A DNA stretch of 64,000 nucleotides from Bacteroidota bacterium (GTDB taxonomy: Bacteria; Bacteroidota; Bacteroidia; J057). This document shows positions 22,790-33,600 of this stretch, one piece after another. A program made the translations under genes and the position numbers. The stretch's first letter is position 1; each line of letters begins with the position of its first letter. The stretch lies in NCBI GenBank assembly GCA_039820545.1, contig JBCBPW010000003.1, positions 6,938 through 70,937 on the forward strand. The letters run 5' to 3'. The notes under the pieces are model-generated. The model was given only the letters and a program-made list of their open reading frames with translations. It searched no databases and was not told the origin of the DNA.

Positions 22790-24142
22790 TTATGATTCGC
22801 TAGATGTAGGTTCTTGTGGTTTGGGAAAAGGTATCATCACCTTTGGTTCTTTTGATTCTGCTGGTGAGGCAGTTTCTACAGTTGAGGCTGACCCTTGACT
22901 TTCTCCCTCTGCAGTAGGATTTTCTCCTTGACTACCTTCTGACTTTTCTTCGCCTTCGTCATCTGCCATGCCTGTCCCGACTCTTGCCTCGCGAATCAAT
23001 CCGAAGGTCATCACCAAGCTCGTCACCAAAATGGTCAGCAAAAGGATGCCTGGCTGAAATTCCTCTGAGGCCAACTCTGCTGGAATGGAATAAAAGAGCA
23101 AAACCGTGATCAATCCTCTCGGGGCAACAAAGATCTCAGGTGTAATATCCTTTCCCATTGCTACACGCAATCCCACAAATCGACTTCCATAAATAGCGAC
23201 GATGGCAAAAAGGGTAATCAAAGGCACTGACCAGTGAATCAAGTCTCCCAATACAATCGACATCCCAAAGGCCACGAAGAAAAAGGTTCGGACTAAGAAG
23301 GCCGTTTCCAGTGTGATAAAGTGTAAGTCATGGAGAATGTGCTTGAGCTTGGACTCGTCCACCAAGTGTTTCAGCCCACCTCTGAAGAAGACCTTTTGGT
23401 TATTCAAAGCCAGACCAAAGACCATGATGAGTGGAAGCGGTGAAAGGTGCAGCTGCTTTCCTGCGGCATACAGTCCTACGAGTGTAGCCATGAGGAGGAA
23501 GAGTTTGGCCCCTTCCGTCACATATTGAAACAGGATAATCAATAAGTAACTAAAGACGACGGACAACAAAACCGTCAAACCCAAATCAGAAAGTGTGTGA
23601 ATGATTTCGCCTCCTCCTGCCCCTTCTTCTCCAAAAGGTAAGAGGGCGTAAAATAGGATGATACCGACGATATCCGATATAGCTGATTCGTAGATCAAAA
23701 GCTCCTTCTTGATATCAATCAAGCCTCCGACACTAGGGATAATGACAGCACTACTCAATACAGAGAGCGGTACTGCGTAAAGTAAGCCCGTGTAGAAGCT
23801 CATATCAAGGAAGGTCGTCAACGCCAAGGCAATGGCTGCTGAAGTGACAAATAATAAAATAATGGCCAATCCTGTCGCTTTCAGAATCAGGCCTGTTTTT
23901 TCTTTTTCTAGTTTGAGGTCGAGCGAGGCTTCCAGTACGATCAAGATGACACCTATCGGCCCCAAAATATTGAGGGCACCCAGTAAGTCCTTTTGGTCTA
24001 TGCCTACAAACTGTTGGATGACATACCCAATTACCATGAGCATGAGCACGGCGGGTATATTGGTTTTCTTGGCGAGTATATTGGCAAAATAGGAGGCAAT
24101 CAATACAATACTACCTCCCAATATCAGGTCATATGGCTCCAT
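22790..24142 (-). CDS. cation:proton antiporter (Na+/H+ exchanger family)
   Basis: About 11-12 hydrophobic segments with the general Na_H_exchanger layout. Low-complexity acidic/Ser-rich C-terminal tail. The start is taken at ATG 24142 (MEPYDLILGG). Confidence 0.75.
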   Translation of the reverse strand: MEPYDLILGGSIVLIASYFANILAKKTNIPAVLMLMVIGYVIQQFVGIDQKDLLGALNILGPIGVILIVLEASLDLKLEKEKTGLILKATGLAIILLFVTSAAIALALTTFLDMSFYTGLLYAVPLSVLSSAVIIPSVGGLIDIKKELLIYESAISDIVGIILFYALLPFGEEGAGGGEIIHTLSDLGLTVLLSVVFSYLLIILFQYVTEGAKLFLLMATLVGLYAAGKQLHLSPLPLIMVFGLALNNQKVFFRGGLKHLVDESKLKHILHDLHFITLETAFLVRTFFFVAFGMSIVLGDLIHWSVPLITLFAIVAIYGSRFVGLRVAMGKDITPEIFVAPRGLITVLLFYSIPAELASEEFQPGILLLTILVTSLVMTFGLIREARVGTGMADDEGEEKSEGSQGENPTAEGESQGSASTVETASPAESKEPKVMIPFPKPQEPTSSES

Positions 24143-24272
24143 ACTATTCGATTTAATCTGTGTTCCCAAGGAAATATACACAATGGTAGCAACTTCCCTA
24201 AAGGTTTTAATATAGACGAATTCGAATTATGAATGTTGGAGAGCTAAACGCTTTTTACACTTCCTCCTCGAC

Positions 24273-24929
24273 TTACTGCAAAATGATCTTTTGTTGAATA
24301 GACCTGAGGAGTGTTCCGTCTGATGCTTTAGGGCTGACGGAGATTTGGTAAATGCCTGGAGAGACACCTGAGAGGTCCACCGTATAATCTTGGACTCGAA
24401 ATATGCTACTGCCTCTCAAAATACTTCCCGTAGGACGAACCCTCCGTCCTTGCAGGTCTATCAGCTCCCAATCAAGTGATTGGATATCGGGAGTTGCAGC
24501 CCAGTCGATGAATAGTTGGAGTTGACGGCCTACCAATGGCGAAGGCGCCGCAACAAAAAGTGGACGTATGTCTACAGGAGTCGTATTGAATCGAGAAATA
24601 AGCGTCCAATCACTGGTGTCTCCATTGGCAAAAAAAATACGCGTAATCCAATAATAGGGAATGTCAGGTTGAAGGGAAAATTCTGTGGCGAAGGTATCTC
24701 GAGTGACGGATTCTCGTGTATCCCCCGCGCAGCCTTTAAAGCAAAATCGATTGTCCGAGAGCACATACTCATAGCCCGTAGCACCTGGGACAGATTCCCA
24801 GACGATGACAAAGGAATTATCTACAGGACCAGGCACACCCTCCCCCCTGTGTTCGGGCAGTAGGTGGCGCTGAGCCATAGAGAAAGGAAGGAAAGCCAGG
24901 AAGCCAAGTATGAAAAAAAGAGGGCGCAT
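24273..24929 (-). CDS. small secreted protein with FN3-like segment and T9SS-type C-terminal domain
   Basis: Signal peptide MRPLFFILGFLAFLPFSMAQ. PGATGYEYVLS is an FN3-like motif. The C-terminal tail reads WELIDLQGRRV...GIYQISV...KIILQ. Confidence 0.6.
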   Translation of the reverse strand: MRPLFFILGFLAFLPFSMAQRHLLPEHRGEGVPGPVDNSFVIVWESVPGATGYEYVLSDNRFCFKGCAGDTRESVTRDTFATEFSLQPDIPYYWITRIFFANGDTSDWTLISRFNTTPVDIRPLFVAAPSPLVGRQLQLFIDWAATPDIQSLDWELIDLQGRRVRPTGSILRGSSIFRVQDYTVDLSGVSPGIYQISVSPKASDGTLLRSIQQKIILQ

Positions 24930-25302
24930 GTATAGAAATGCTTTTGTGTAGCCTATAGTTTAATCATGGATAAAAACGTTCACTTTACCTAAAGCTCATT
25001 TTTATGCAAATAAAAGTAAGCGATTTCCTGATTCTTATTGTCTCATATCAGACAGATCTTATATGGAAAAATATTGGGACATTCTGGAATAATCTGCATG
25101 TTCACACGTTCTTTTAACCCATAGATAAAAATATATGTTTGCGCACTCACTATGTGCTTCCTGTAAGTTTAAGCGTGAAATTCGAAATAAACGAGGCAGC
25201 GTCTTTTGGATGTGTCTCAGAAGCAAGGAGGACCCCCGATTTTCGAAGTACGCTTCTCAGCCCGTACTACAATGCATAGGCCACGAAAAGATTGTTAGCT
25301 AA

Positions 25303-26052
25303 TTATTCTACTTTCACGTGCTCCAAAAGGATACGCGAAAGCTCTTTCAATTCTCCTTTCTCCAATGCTTTACCTGTGTCCTCTAGCGCTACTTTTCCTA
25401 CCTCTGCCTTATAATTTATATAGTCCTGCCAGCGGATCCCTCCCACTTCCCTGGGATTGATCCTCTCTCTAAATCGAATCCCTCCCCCATCGACATGGTA
25501 TTCATACGCCAAATAGTCCATATGGAAAGTCTCAGGGTGTATCCAATAGATGAATACGTCATCGAAGTCTTCCCCTCCACCCTCTTCCGCAAATGTCACT
25601 TTAATTTTATGATAATTGACCTCTTTGATGGCTTCTTGTCCTAGGTATTGCTTTCGGGAAGCAGGATCGTTGAGCGGTGCGGGAAGGAGGGCGAAGTAAG
25701 CGACAGAGTTGACAGAGTTAGCGTACTTGGTCGCCATCGTATCTGGGACGGAGGTTATTTGCCCGTTGATCTGGCGGGTAAATGCTCCGTTGGCAAGTGC
25801 ATCGTGGATGGTATCCCCTTCCTTGACAAAGCTACGCGTGTAGGTAAAGGATTCGCCTGCTTTTTGGATGGTATAATCTTTATCTCTGAAAGAAAAAGCC
25901 GCCGCGAAGTTCTGATAGACGGCCCCCCCATGCGCTTTGATACTCCCATCTATGATTTCTTGGGCAGAGGGTGTGGGTTCTTGGGGAGACTGACAAGCAG
26001 CAAGGGATACAAGCATGATAATCAGTCCCCAGATATATTTTCTCAAATGCAT
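25303..26052 (-). CDS. hypothetical lipoprotein
   Basis: Lipobox MLVSLAACQSP. I recognise no catalytic motif. Confidence 0.6.
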   Translation of the reverse strand: MHLRKYIWGLIIMLVSLAACQSPQEPTPSAQEIIDGSIKAHGGAVYQNFAAAFSFRDKDYTIQKAGESFTYTRSFVKEGDTIHDALANGAFTRQINGQITSVPDTMATKYANSVNSVAYFALLPAPLNDPASRKQYLGQEAIKEVNYHKIKVTFAEEGGGEDFDDVFIYWIHPETFHMDYLAYEYHVDGGGIRFRERINPREVGGIRWQDYINYKAEVGKVALEDTGKALEKGELKELSRILLEHVKVE

Positions 26053-26302
26053 ATTTTTTCCTGCAAGTTACGTCCTATAATTGGGGAGAAAATGTAAGTA
26101 GCAGGACAGAAATGCCAAAACATGGGCTTCAGCAGGTGGACAAAAGAAAGCGGGGAGTAGCAATCGATGAAATAACCTGTGATTGAAACTACCTGCCTAT
26201 CTGAATTCATCCAGGATAATCACTATTATATCACCCTTTTGGGATTTGGAGCTGATGTGTTTACCATATATTGTAAGTACGTTTCCATATAAATACAAGA
26301 AC

Positions 26303-26770
26303 ATGAGCACAGAAAAACAAACGATTGCCCTGGTGGCCCACGATGGCCGAAAAGAGCTAATGATGCAGTGGGTCGCCACCCATGTACGTCGCCTCTCACA
26401 ATATGACATCGTGTGTACAGGGACTACAGGTAAAAAAGTACGTGAAGCACTGGAAGCAAATTTATCTTCAGAGGTCTTAGAAACAGTCGCCATCAAGCGG
26501 TTGAAGTCAGGACCACTGGGAGGTGACCAGCAACTGGGCGCGATGATTTCGGAGGGGAAAGTGGATCTCTTTATCTTCTTTTGGGATACGATGACGGCAC
26601 AGCCACATGATGTAGATGTAAAAGCTCTGCTACGCATTGCGACGATGTACAATGTCCCTACTGCCATGAACCAGTCTACGGCTGACTTCTTATTGAATTC
26701 ACTTCATCTCGAAGATGGGTATCAGCGGGACCGTCCCGATTTTGAATCCTATCAGAAACGAGAGGTATAA
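26303..26770 (+). CDS. mgsA: methylglyoxal synthase
   Basis: IALVAHDGRK, CTGTTG and SGPLGGDQQ motifs. The 155-aa size fits only from the ATG at 26303, because the tracked 26183 start is a TTG extension. Confidence 0.9.
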   Translation: MSTEKQTIALVAHDGRKELMMQWVATHVRRLSQYDIVCTGTTGKKVREALEANLSSEVLETVAIKRLKSGPLGGDQQLGAMISEGKVDLFIFFWDTMTAQPHDVDVKALLRIATMYNVPTAMNQSTADFLLNSLHLEDGYQRDRPDFESYQKREV

Positions 26771-26848
26771 TTTTGATAAAATGTAAGTGGACCACCCCAT
26801 CGGAGTGGCCCACACAAAAATGGATAGATGGAAAAAATATTGTGCAGC

Positions 26849-28381
26849 TTATCGGTTATGTTGTAGGACCAGCTTTTTCTGGATGATCCCTTCCTGGGTC
26901 TGAACACGCAGGATATAAATCCCATCTGAGAGGGATTGCAAGTCATTCATCTTGTAAGCTTGGATACCTGCTTCCAATAGCGGGCTTTGCTCCCTCCTCA
27001 CTTGCTTGCCCTGCTGGTCAAATAGGCTGATCTTGAGGACAGATTCCGTCTCAAGTGCCAATTCAATCAAGAGTACATCGTGCGCAGGGTTTGGCGTGAT
27101 TTGCACATCCTGGATTTGGGGTGCGGCTGTACGTTTGCCACCTCCTGCTAGCCCTCCTCCAAATGTGCAAGTTGTACTAGGGTCGACACAGTAAGTCGTG
27201 GACAAAGCCCCTTGCAACCCATTGTCGCAGACGGAAGCTACCTGAACGGAGTAACAATTAGCAAAGCCAGGGAGGCCTGGAATATTCACAGAAGTGCCTG
27301 TCACTACAGAGGCAGGGAGTGTAAAGGGAACACCTCCTTTGCAGCACCTGGGATCGTCAGCAGTGAAATATACATTATAAGCTACCGCGCCAGCTACAGG
27401 ACTCCACGTGATATTTACCTGACCGCCACTCTCGCTGCACTTGACATCATCGGGAGCCTCTAGCAAGCATGTATCGACAGGTGGCTCGCAGCAATCTGCA
27501 ACAATTTCGAAGGTCTGCGTCTCCACACATCCTCCACCATAAGTAATATCTACTGTATAGGTACCCTCTCCTGCTTGGGTAATCACAGAGTATCGTCTGC
27601 GAGAAGTTTCGATGGCATTGCTACCCGCAGGGAATGTCCAGTTGAAGCCGACAATATCGTCGCATTCTAGTAAGATGAATCCATAATCGCCTTCTGCTGC
27701 ACAAGCTGTCAAGTCAAATTTTGGCTCGCAGGTAGATCCTTGGCAAGGCTGACTCACACAGACCTGATCTAGATAGAAGTTAGACTCAAAGTTCGCATCT
27801 GGCGCCGTGATGTTACTCCCTCGGAACCATAGCTGGTCATAATTGGTAGTTGGTGTGATGGTGACAGTCCGTGTTGTCCAGGTCGATGGGCCAGGATAAT
27901 TAGTCTCGGAGATTAAGGGAAGGGAGTTGGCAGGAATAGCAGGGATCGCGACGACCGACTGACAGGCACCTGATGTAGCCAAACCCTTGGCAGGAAGTCC
28001 GTTGGTCAGCAAGACATCAAATTCCTCAACGAAACCCGCTACAGCAAAGGAGATCACATAAGTCTCACCTGCCTGAAAATTATAATTTAAGATGATGCCA
28101 TCTCCTGCATCAGGATAATTAGGGCAATTGAAGGGCTGCTTTCTGACACGGAGTTGGACATATTGGTTACCGTCAAAGGCACTTGAAGGTCCGCCTATGA
28201 GACTACTATTTGTTTCTAAACTAGGGGCTCCCGAAGAGGGAATCCAGTCAGGAAAACACAGATTGATAAAGGGAAATGTGGGGCAGGTGGTTGTTTCAAA
28301 GCTTTCGCAAATATCCTGGCCTGCCATAGGGTTCCAAAATATAAGGCATAGAGATACCATTAGGATGTAAGTCCATTTCAT
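26849..28381 (-). CDS. secreted Cys-rich protein with FN3-like module and T9SS C-terminal sorting domain
   Basis: Signal peptide MKWTYILMVSLCLIFWNPMAGQ from the ATG at 28381. Contains WSPVAGAVAYNVYF. The C-terminal tail reads ITPNPAHDVLLIEL...GIYILRVQTQEG...LVLQ. Confidence 0.7.
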   Translation of the reverse strand: MKWTYILMVSLCLIFWNPMAGQDICESFETTTCPTFPFINLCFPDWIPSSGAPSLETNSSLIGGPSSAFDGNQYVQLRVRKQPFNCPNYPDAGDGIILNYNFQAGETYVISFAVAGFVEEFDVLLTNGLPAKGLATSGACQSVVAIPAIPANSLPLISETNYPGPSTWTTRTVTITPTTNYDQLWFRGSNITAPDANFESNFYLDQVCVSQPCQGSTCEPKFDLTACAAEGDYGFILLECDDIVGFNWTFPAGSNAIETSRRRYSVITQAGEGTYTVDITYGGGCVETQTFEIVADCCEPPVDTCLLEAPDDVKCSESGGQVNITWSPVAGAVAYNVYFTADDPRCCKGGVPFTLPASVVTGTSVNIPGLPGFANCYSVQVASVCDNGLQGALSTTYCVDPSTTCTFGGGLAGGGKRTAAPQIQDVQITPNPAHDVLLIELALETESVLKISLFDQQGKQVRREQSPLLEAGIQAYKMNDLQSLSDGIYILRVQTQEGIIQKKLVLQHNR

Positions 28382-28695
28382 AGCAAATAAGATTAGTTGA
28401 TTGTTGGCTGTATCTAACTGAAGGTGGATACAGACAATCGGATTGATGTAAAGATGATCTGCCTCAGAGGTAATAGGCCTAATCATCGGACTAGGGACAA
28501 ATCACAGGTACTCCGGAGTTGTGAGATGCATTTGCTAGATGGGACGTATGATGAAAAAGGGATGTCAACAGAAAATTTTCTTTTTTCTGATTTTTTATTT
28601 GGTCATAGATAAATGAAGGAATCCCAATGTAATTCTCTGCTTCAAATCGGGTTGTCCCTGAGAGGGGCTTTTTCCTCTTTTGTACCAAAAGATCT

Positions 28696-29382
28696 ATGAA
28701 TAGGTGGCTGCTGATTTCTCTTTCTGTCAATATCGTCATCATCGCAGCAGTTGTCTTGGGAGGATGGGCATCGGCGCGCTACGCAGGAGACAGGTATCAG
28801 AAAGCATACGATCGGAGAGTATCTACTTTTTGGGCGACTGATCCACAGCCAGGGGCTATCGTTTTTCTCGGCAACAGCATCACCCAATCGGGCAACTGGA
28901 ATGAATGGCTACCTGAAAGCAGAAACGCTATTTTGAATCGTGGCATTAGTGGAGACATCACACGCAAAGTACTCAAAAGACTGGATGAGGTGATTCGACA
29001 CCAACCCGCTCAGATTTTCATTTCTCTCGGAACGAATGATTTGGGGAAAGGCTATGAGATACCCGAAATCATCACGGACTATAAAGAAATGCTGACTCGT
29101 TTAAAGACAGAAAGTCCCCAGACCCAGATTTTTATTCAGTCTGTACTTCCAGTTCGCAAGCGTGCCCCCAACGGAGCTGAAAACGAAGAGATCCTCGCCC
29201 TCAATATGGCATTGGTCAAACTGTCTAAGGCTCATCAGTGTACGTACATCGATTTGTATGTGCCTTTTGCAGACGAGAAAGGGCTGCTTAAATCGGACTA
29301 TACCAATGATGACCTACACATCAAGGGGGTAGGCTATCGCAAATGGATGGGGATTATTCAGCCCTATCTTCTATCAGAGTAA
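28696..29382 (+). CDS. SGNH/GDSL-family hydrolase
   Basis: Block I VFLGNSITQSG, block III GTND, block V DDLHIKGVGY. N-terminal membrane anchor. Confidence 0.8.
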   Translation: MNRWLLISLSVNIVIIAAVVLGGWASARYAGDRYQKAYDRRVSTFWATDPQPGAIVFLGNSITQSGNWNEWLPESRNAILNRGISGDITRKVLKRLDEVIRHQPAQIFISLGTNDLGKGYEIPEIITDYKEMLTRLKTESPQTQIFIQSVLPVRKRAPNGAENEEILALNMALVKLSKAHQCTYIDLYVPFADEKGLLKSDYTNDDLHIKGVGYRKWMGIIQPYLLSE

Positions 29383-29883
29383 TACGCCGTTTCAATAAGT
29401 AGAAAATAGAAAGAAACTCCATTCGGGAAATTCCTAAATGATGAGTTTTTTTCGTTTTTGGTCGAAATCTTACATCACAAAGCAAACCGATGGGGTATAA
29501 GACTTTCTTAGCTGTCTTTAAGATATGTAAAATAGCACATGCAACTCGTGCTAAAGAATTAGGCGGAAAACACGTAAAAATGGCTGATTTACCCACAAAA
29601 AATCCACAAAACTTGGCTAGGAGAGAGGTTCTTTTAGTTTTAGCCCTGTGAAATATTCGGAGCGAGGTGTAAAAGGATAGAGAATTTCGTCACTTTCGAT
29701 AAATACTCAATTTTAACCGAAACCTCACATCGTTCATTCGTATCAGAGTATTATACATACTTTCGCCCCAGGAAATTTAGGCAAAGAGTTTGTCGTAGTA
29801 TGCTAAAGAAAAATACAGACTTTTGAACCCTAAGTCGTTCTTTACGTAAGAGATTCCTTGTATTGTGGAATTAATTTTATTTT

Positions 29884-30474
29884 ATGAAGAAAGTACTATT
29901 AAGTTTGTCTATTCTTCTCATCGGGGGAGCACTGATTGCTTTCACGGGACTGGAGGGTGTACAGAACTTGCTTGATAGCACCTCAAACAACAACCTTGCA
30001 GGAGTTCAGGCTCATTCGCCTGTACTGAAGTCACAGCAAGCACACTTGAGAACCATTGATCCCTTCGACATCGACATCATCCCGACCAGCAAGCCTGTGC
30101 CGGAGACGGTGCCTACAAGTAGCCCTTTTGGGATGAGAGTTCACCCCATCCTCAATGTAGAGAAGATGCACCTTGGGATTGATTTTCCAGCGCCCACAGG
30201 GACGCCTGTACTAGCAAGCGCGACAGGACGTGTAAACAAGCTCAACACCAGAAGCGATAGCAGCTCATATGGCAAACATATTGTCCTAGAGCACGACGAG
30301 ATCTTCTGTACGCTTTATGCACACCTTTCCAGAGTCAGCGTTTCCTATGGACAGATCGTCGAAGAAGGGGACACCATCGGCTATGTAGGGAGCACAGGGC
30401 GAAGTACCAATCCGCACCTACACTATGAAGTCATTCGCGATGGTATCCGCGTCGATCCAGAAGATTATTTGTAA
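29884..30474 (+). CDS. M23-family metallopeptidase
   Basis: HLGIDFPAPTGTPVLA and GSTGRSTNPHLHYEV motifs. Signal or anchor sequence at the N-terminus. Confidence 0.9.
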   Translation: MKKVLLSLSILLIGGALIAFTGLEGVQNLLDSTSNNNLAGVQAHSPVLKSQQAHLRTIDPFDIDIIPTSKPVPETVPTSSPFGMRVHPILNVEKMHLGIDFPAPTGTPVLASATGRVNKLNTRSDSSSYGKHIVLEHDEIFCTLYAHLSRVSVSYGQIVEEGDTIGYVGSTGRSTNPHLHYEVIRDGIRVDPEDYL

Positions 30475-30582
30475 GCAAGAAGACAGAAATAGAAAGGCTG
30501 GGATAGATTAAGCGTAAATTTTACACGCCCCCCAGTAAATTCTGAAACGCTGTCGAAGACATGTATTTTACAACAAACAGCA

Positions 30583-30617
30583 AAGCCGATGCTATTGACA
30601 GCGTCGGCTTTTTTTAT
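30583..30617 (+). terminator. rho-independent terminator
   Basis: 10-bp stem aagccgatgc (30583..30592) with gcgtcggctt (30601..30610), including one G-U pair, followed by tttttt. Confidence 0.65.
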
Positions 30618-30642
30618 TGGGTAGATCCAGGGTATGCTCTTC

Positions 30643-30668
30643 AGCAACCAGGGCATGCCCTGGTTGCT
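30643..30668. repeat. perfect 26-nt GC-rich palindrome
   Basis: agcaaccagggca|tgccctggttgct, ending 8 nt before the stop of the minus-strand permease/M1 gene. No U-tract on either side. Confidence 0.6.
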
Positions 30669-30675
30669 ACTAAGC

Positions 30676-33600
30676 CTATTCCTCTTTTGATGCGACGTTC
30701 TTCCGATTGTCATTCGGGTTGCGGTCGATCAGCTTATTGATAGGATCTATGCCTGCCTTCAGCGGGAGCATATCCACCACAATCTCCAGATTCGTCGTAT
30801 CCTGATTGAAGCGGTGCTTCTGAAGGTAGATAAGCGAATCCTTCCCCTTTTGGTCCTCCACAAAAATCCCCACATCAATCCAGTCATCCATAGGGACCTG
30901 TGTTTCTGTTCCCAGACTGTCCGCTAAGTATTTGACAGTATGGATTTCCATTTCCACTTTATACTGTCCATTTTCAAGCTCTGTATACGCAGTCTCACGC
31001 ATTCTATTCTCGTAGAGGGTGATATTCTCAAACATATCTGTGATCAGATACTGAAGTGTGTCAGGTGTCACATCGCGAAAGTACGCCAGCAAATCAATAG
31101 TTGTCGGATAGATGTCCTCTCTAAACGCCCAATCATCGACGAAGCGGTTGAGTGCGACATTGATACTGTCCTCGCCTATATAGTCTTGCAGCGCATACAT
31201 GACGAGTGAGCCTTTGCGATAGTGGATATATCCCTGTCCTTCCACCAGCATCAGGGGGCGCTCCTTTTTTCGCTCGCGGCGGCGGCCTCCTAGGTAACGG
31301 TCTAGCTCATACTTGAGGAACTTTTGCATCATCTCAGGTCCATAGGCTTGCTTCATGACCATCAGGGCAGAATATTGAGACAGGGTCTCAGACATCATCG
31401 CGCCACCACGTACCTGCGCCTGTGTCACTTGGTGTCCCCACCACTGGTGTGCCATCTCATGTGCTGTCACATAATAAGCCATGTCCACATCATCTTCGCC
31501 CACGTCTAGGATGAAGCCCATACTTTCGCCAAAGGGTACCGTATTGGCAAATGACTGCGCAAAGGATCGGTAGCGCGGAAACTCCATGATGCGCATCTGG
31601 CGAAATTGATACGGACTGAAGTTTGAACTGTAATATGCCAGTGCATCTTTCATTCCCTGCATCATGCGATCCAGATTGTAGGCGTGCCCTTTGTGATAAT
31701 ATATCTCTAGATTAATTGAGTCGCCAAAAGGAGCCATCCACTTCTCTTTAACGATGTCATACTTCGCCGAAACCAGGGAGTAGAAGTTGAACATCGGAAT
31801 ATCCATCTTATAGCGGAAATAACGACGACCGTCTTTGTCGTACTGATCCTGTAGGTAGCCAGGTGCAAGTGCTACTTGATCTTCTGATGTACTCATCAGG
31901 ATCTCAAATCGAATGTTGTCGGCATCATCTCCGATTAGGTTGTTGTGCAAGCCGATGGAATCATTGATCGGACGTGAGCGTTCTCGCTCAGGAAGCCCTC
32001 GTTTGCGACGCTCGTCGTCATCTGATAGCTCAAGCGAAGGTTCATAGCCGATGGCAGGGAAATAGCTGGTATTGAAGAAGGTACCATTGCGGACGACCTC
32101 CACATTGCCTGATCCACTTTCCTTAAAACCCATCGTGCGGTACGCCCCGTCAAAACTGACTTGAAAACTGTCTCCAGGCTGAAGGGCAGGCTCGAATTGA
32201 TATATGCCGAACTTGAAGGGGGCTTCCATCTCTAGTAGGCTGACAGTTCCATTCCACGATGAATCAAAAGTTGTGAACACAAGGTCCTGATAACGGATCT
32301 CCTGCTCTGAAGGAAACTGGATAAACAATGTATCAAGCGCAATAGGGGTCTTATTTTTCATCACATAAAACCCTTTGATATCTACATCCTTGCTGTAAGG
32401 GAAAATATCCACTTCTAAATTGGTCTCTACAACTCTGGGTTGTGGTTTGTCCATGTACTGCTTCAACTCTCGCTCATAGGCTTCACGTACATCTTCCAAC
32501 TCATCCGAAGTCACGAAGTCGTTTAAAACCGTCGTGTTGTAATAGATGACACCACCTGCTGTGAAGAGCATGATCAAGGAAAGTGAAGTGAAGATGATCA
32601 AGGGACGGACAAAGCGGAGTTTAGCCAAATGCGTGCGCGTCTTGAAGACTGTATCTGTTCCTCGAACTGAGAAAGCCACAGCAATCGAAAAGAGCACCAG
32701 TGAGAAAGCGACTCCATAGAAAGTATCCCAAGAGAAGGAGAGCGATCGGAAATCGAAGGCATTCATATCAGAATAATTTCCTAAACTACCGCCACTGATG
32801 TCAAATAAGGGATGCTCCAAACCAATCTCATTGAAGACGAAGGTGATGGTAATGAAAAATAGGATCATGACGCCGTGTCCTAAAAACTTATTGTTTACCA
32901 TGACCTGTACAAAGAAGGCAAACAGGGAGAAAAGGGCAAGGAAAGAGAATGTCTCGGTAAATAGCTTCGAGAAGTAGATCCCCAACTCAAAGTCAAAGTA
33001 TCCCATCGCCGTCTGAATACCTACGCCAATCACAATCAACGTCAGTAAAAGCGTTGCATGTACCATCATAAAACCTGAAAACTTGCTCAATAGACTGACG
33101 TCATTGGGAAAGGGAAGCGAATCGTAAATCTGGTTGATCCTCAGGTCGCGTTCACGCCAGATAAGTTCTCCCGCATAGAATATGACAATGATGAAGAAGA
33201 AGAGATCAAATGAGGAGAGAATTTCGAGTATCAAGAAGGTCTTGGGTACAGGGTCGGTCCCATACATAGCTTGCATATTGGTCGAACCAATGATTACGAA
33301 GATCAATCCAAAGGCGACAATGGCAATGAAGGGAATAGAACGCACAATTTCTCTGTAATAGAGTCGAGAAAGGTGCCAGATGCGTAGCAACTGTGTGCGA
33401 AAACCTTCAGGCGCGAAATGTTGGATCTTGGGAACAGCCATATCCTTTCGCGAAGTAGTTTCAGCACTTACCTTTTGCTTTCGGACCCGCTTCTTGGGTG
33501 TGCTAAAAGAAAATGAGAAGTAGGTGAGGGCTAATGCGCCGATGGCAATACCCAACCAAATGAGTCGATTTTGCATAACGACTCCCGTGAAGGGAAGTAA

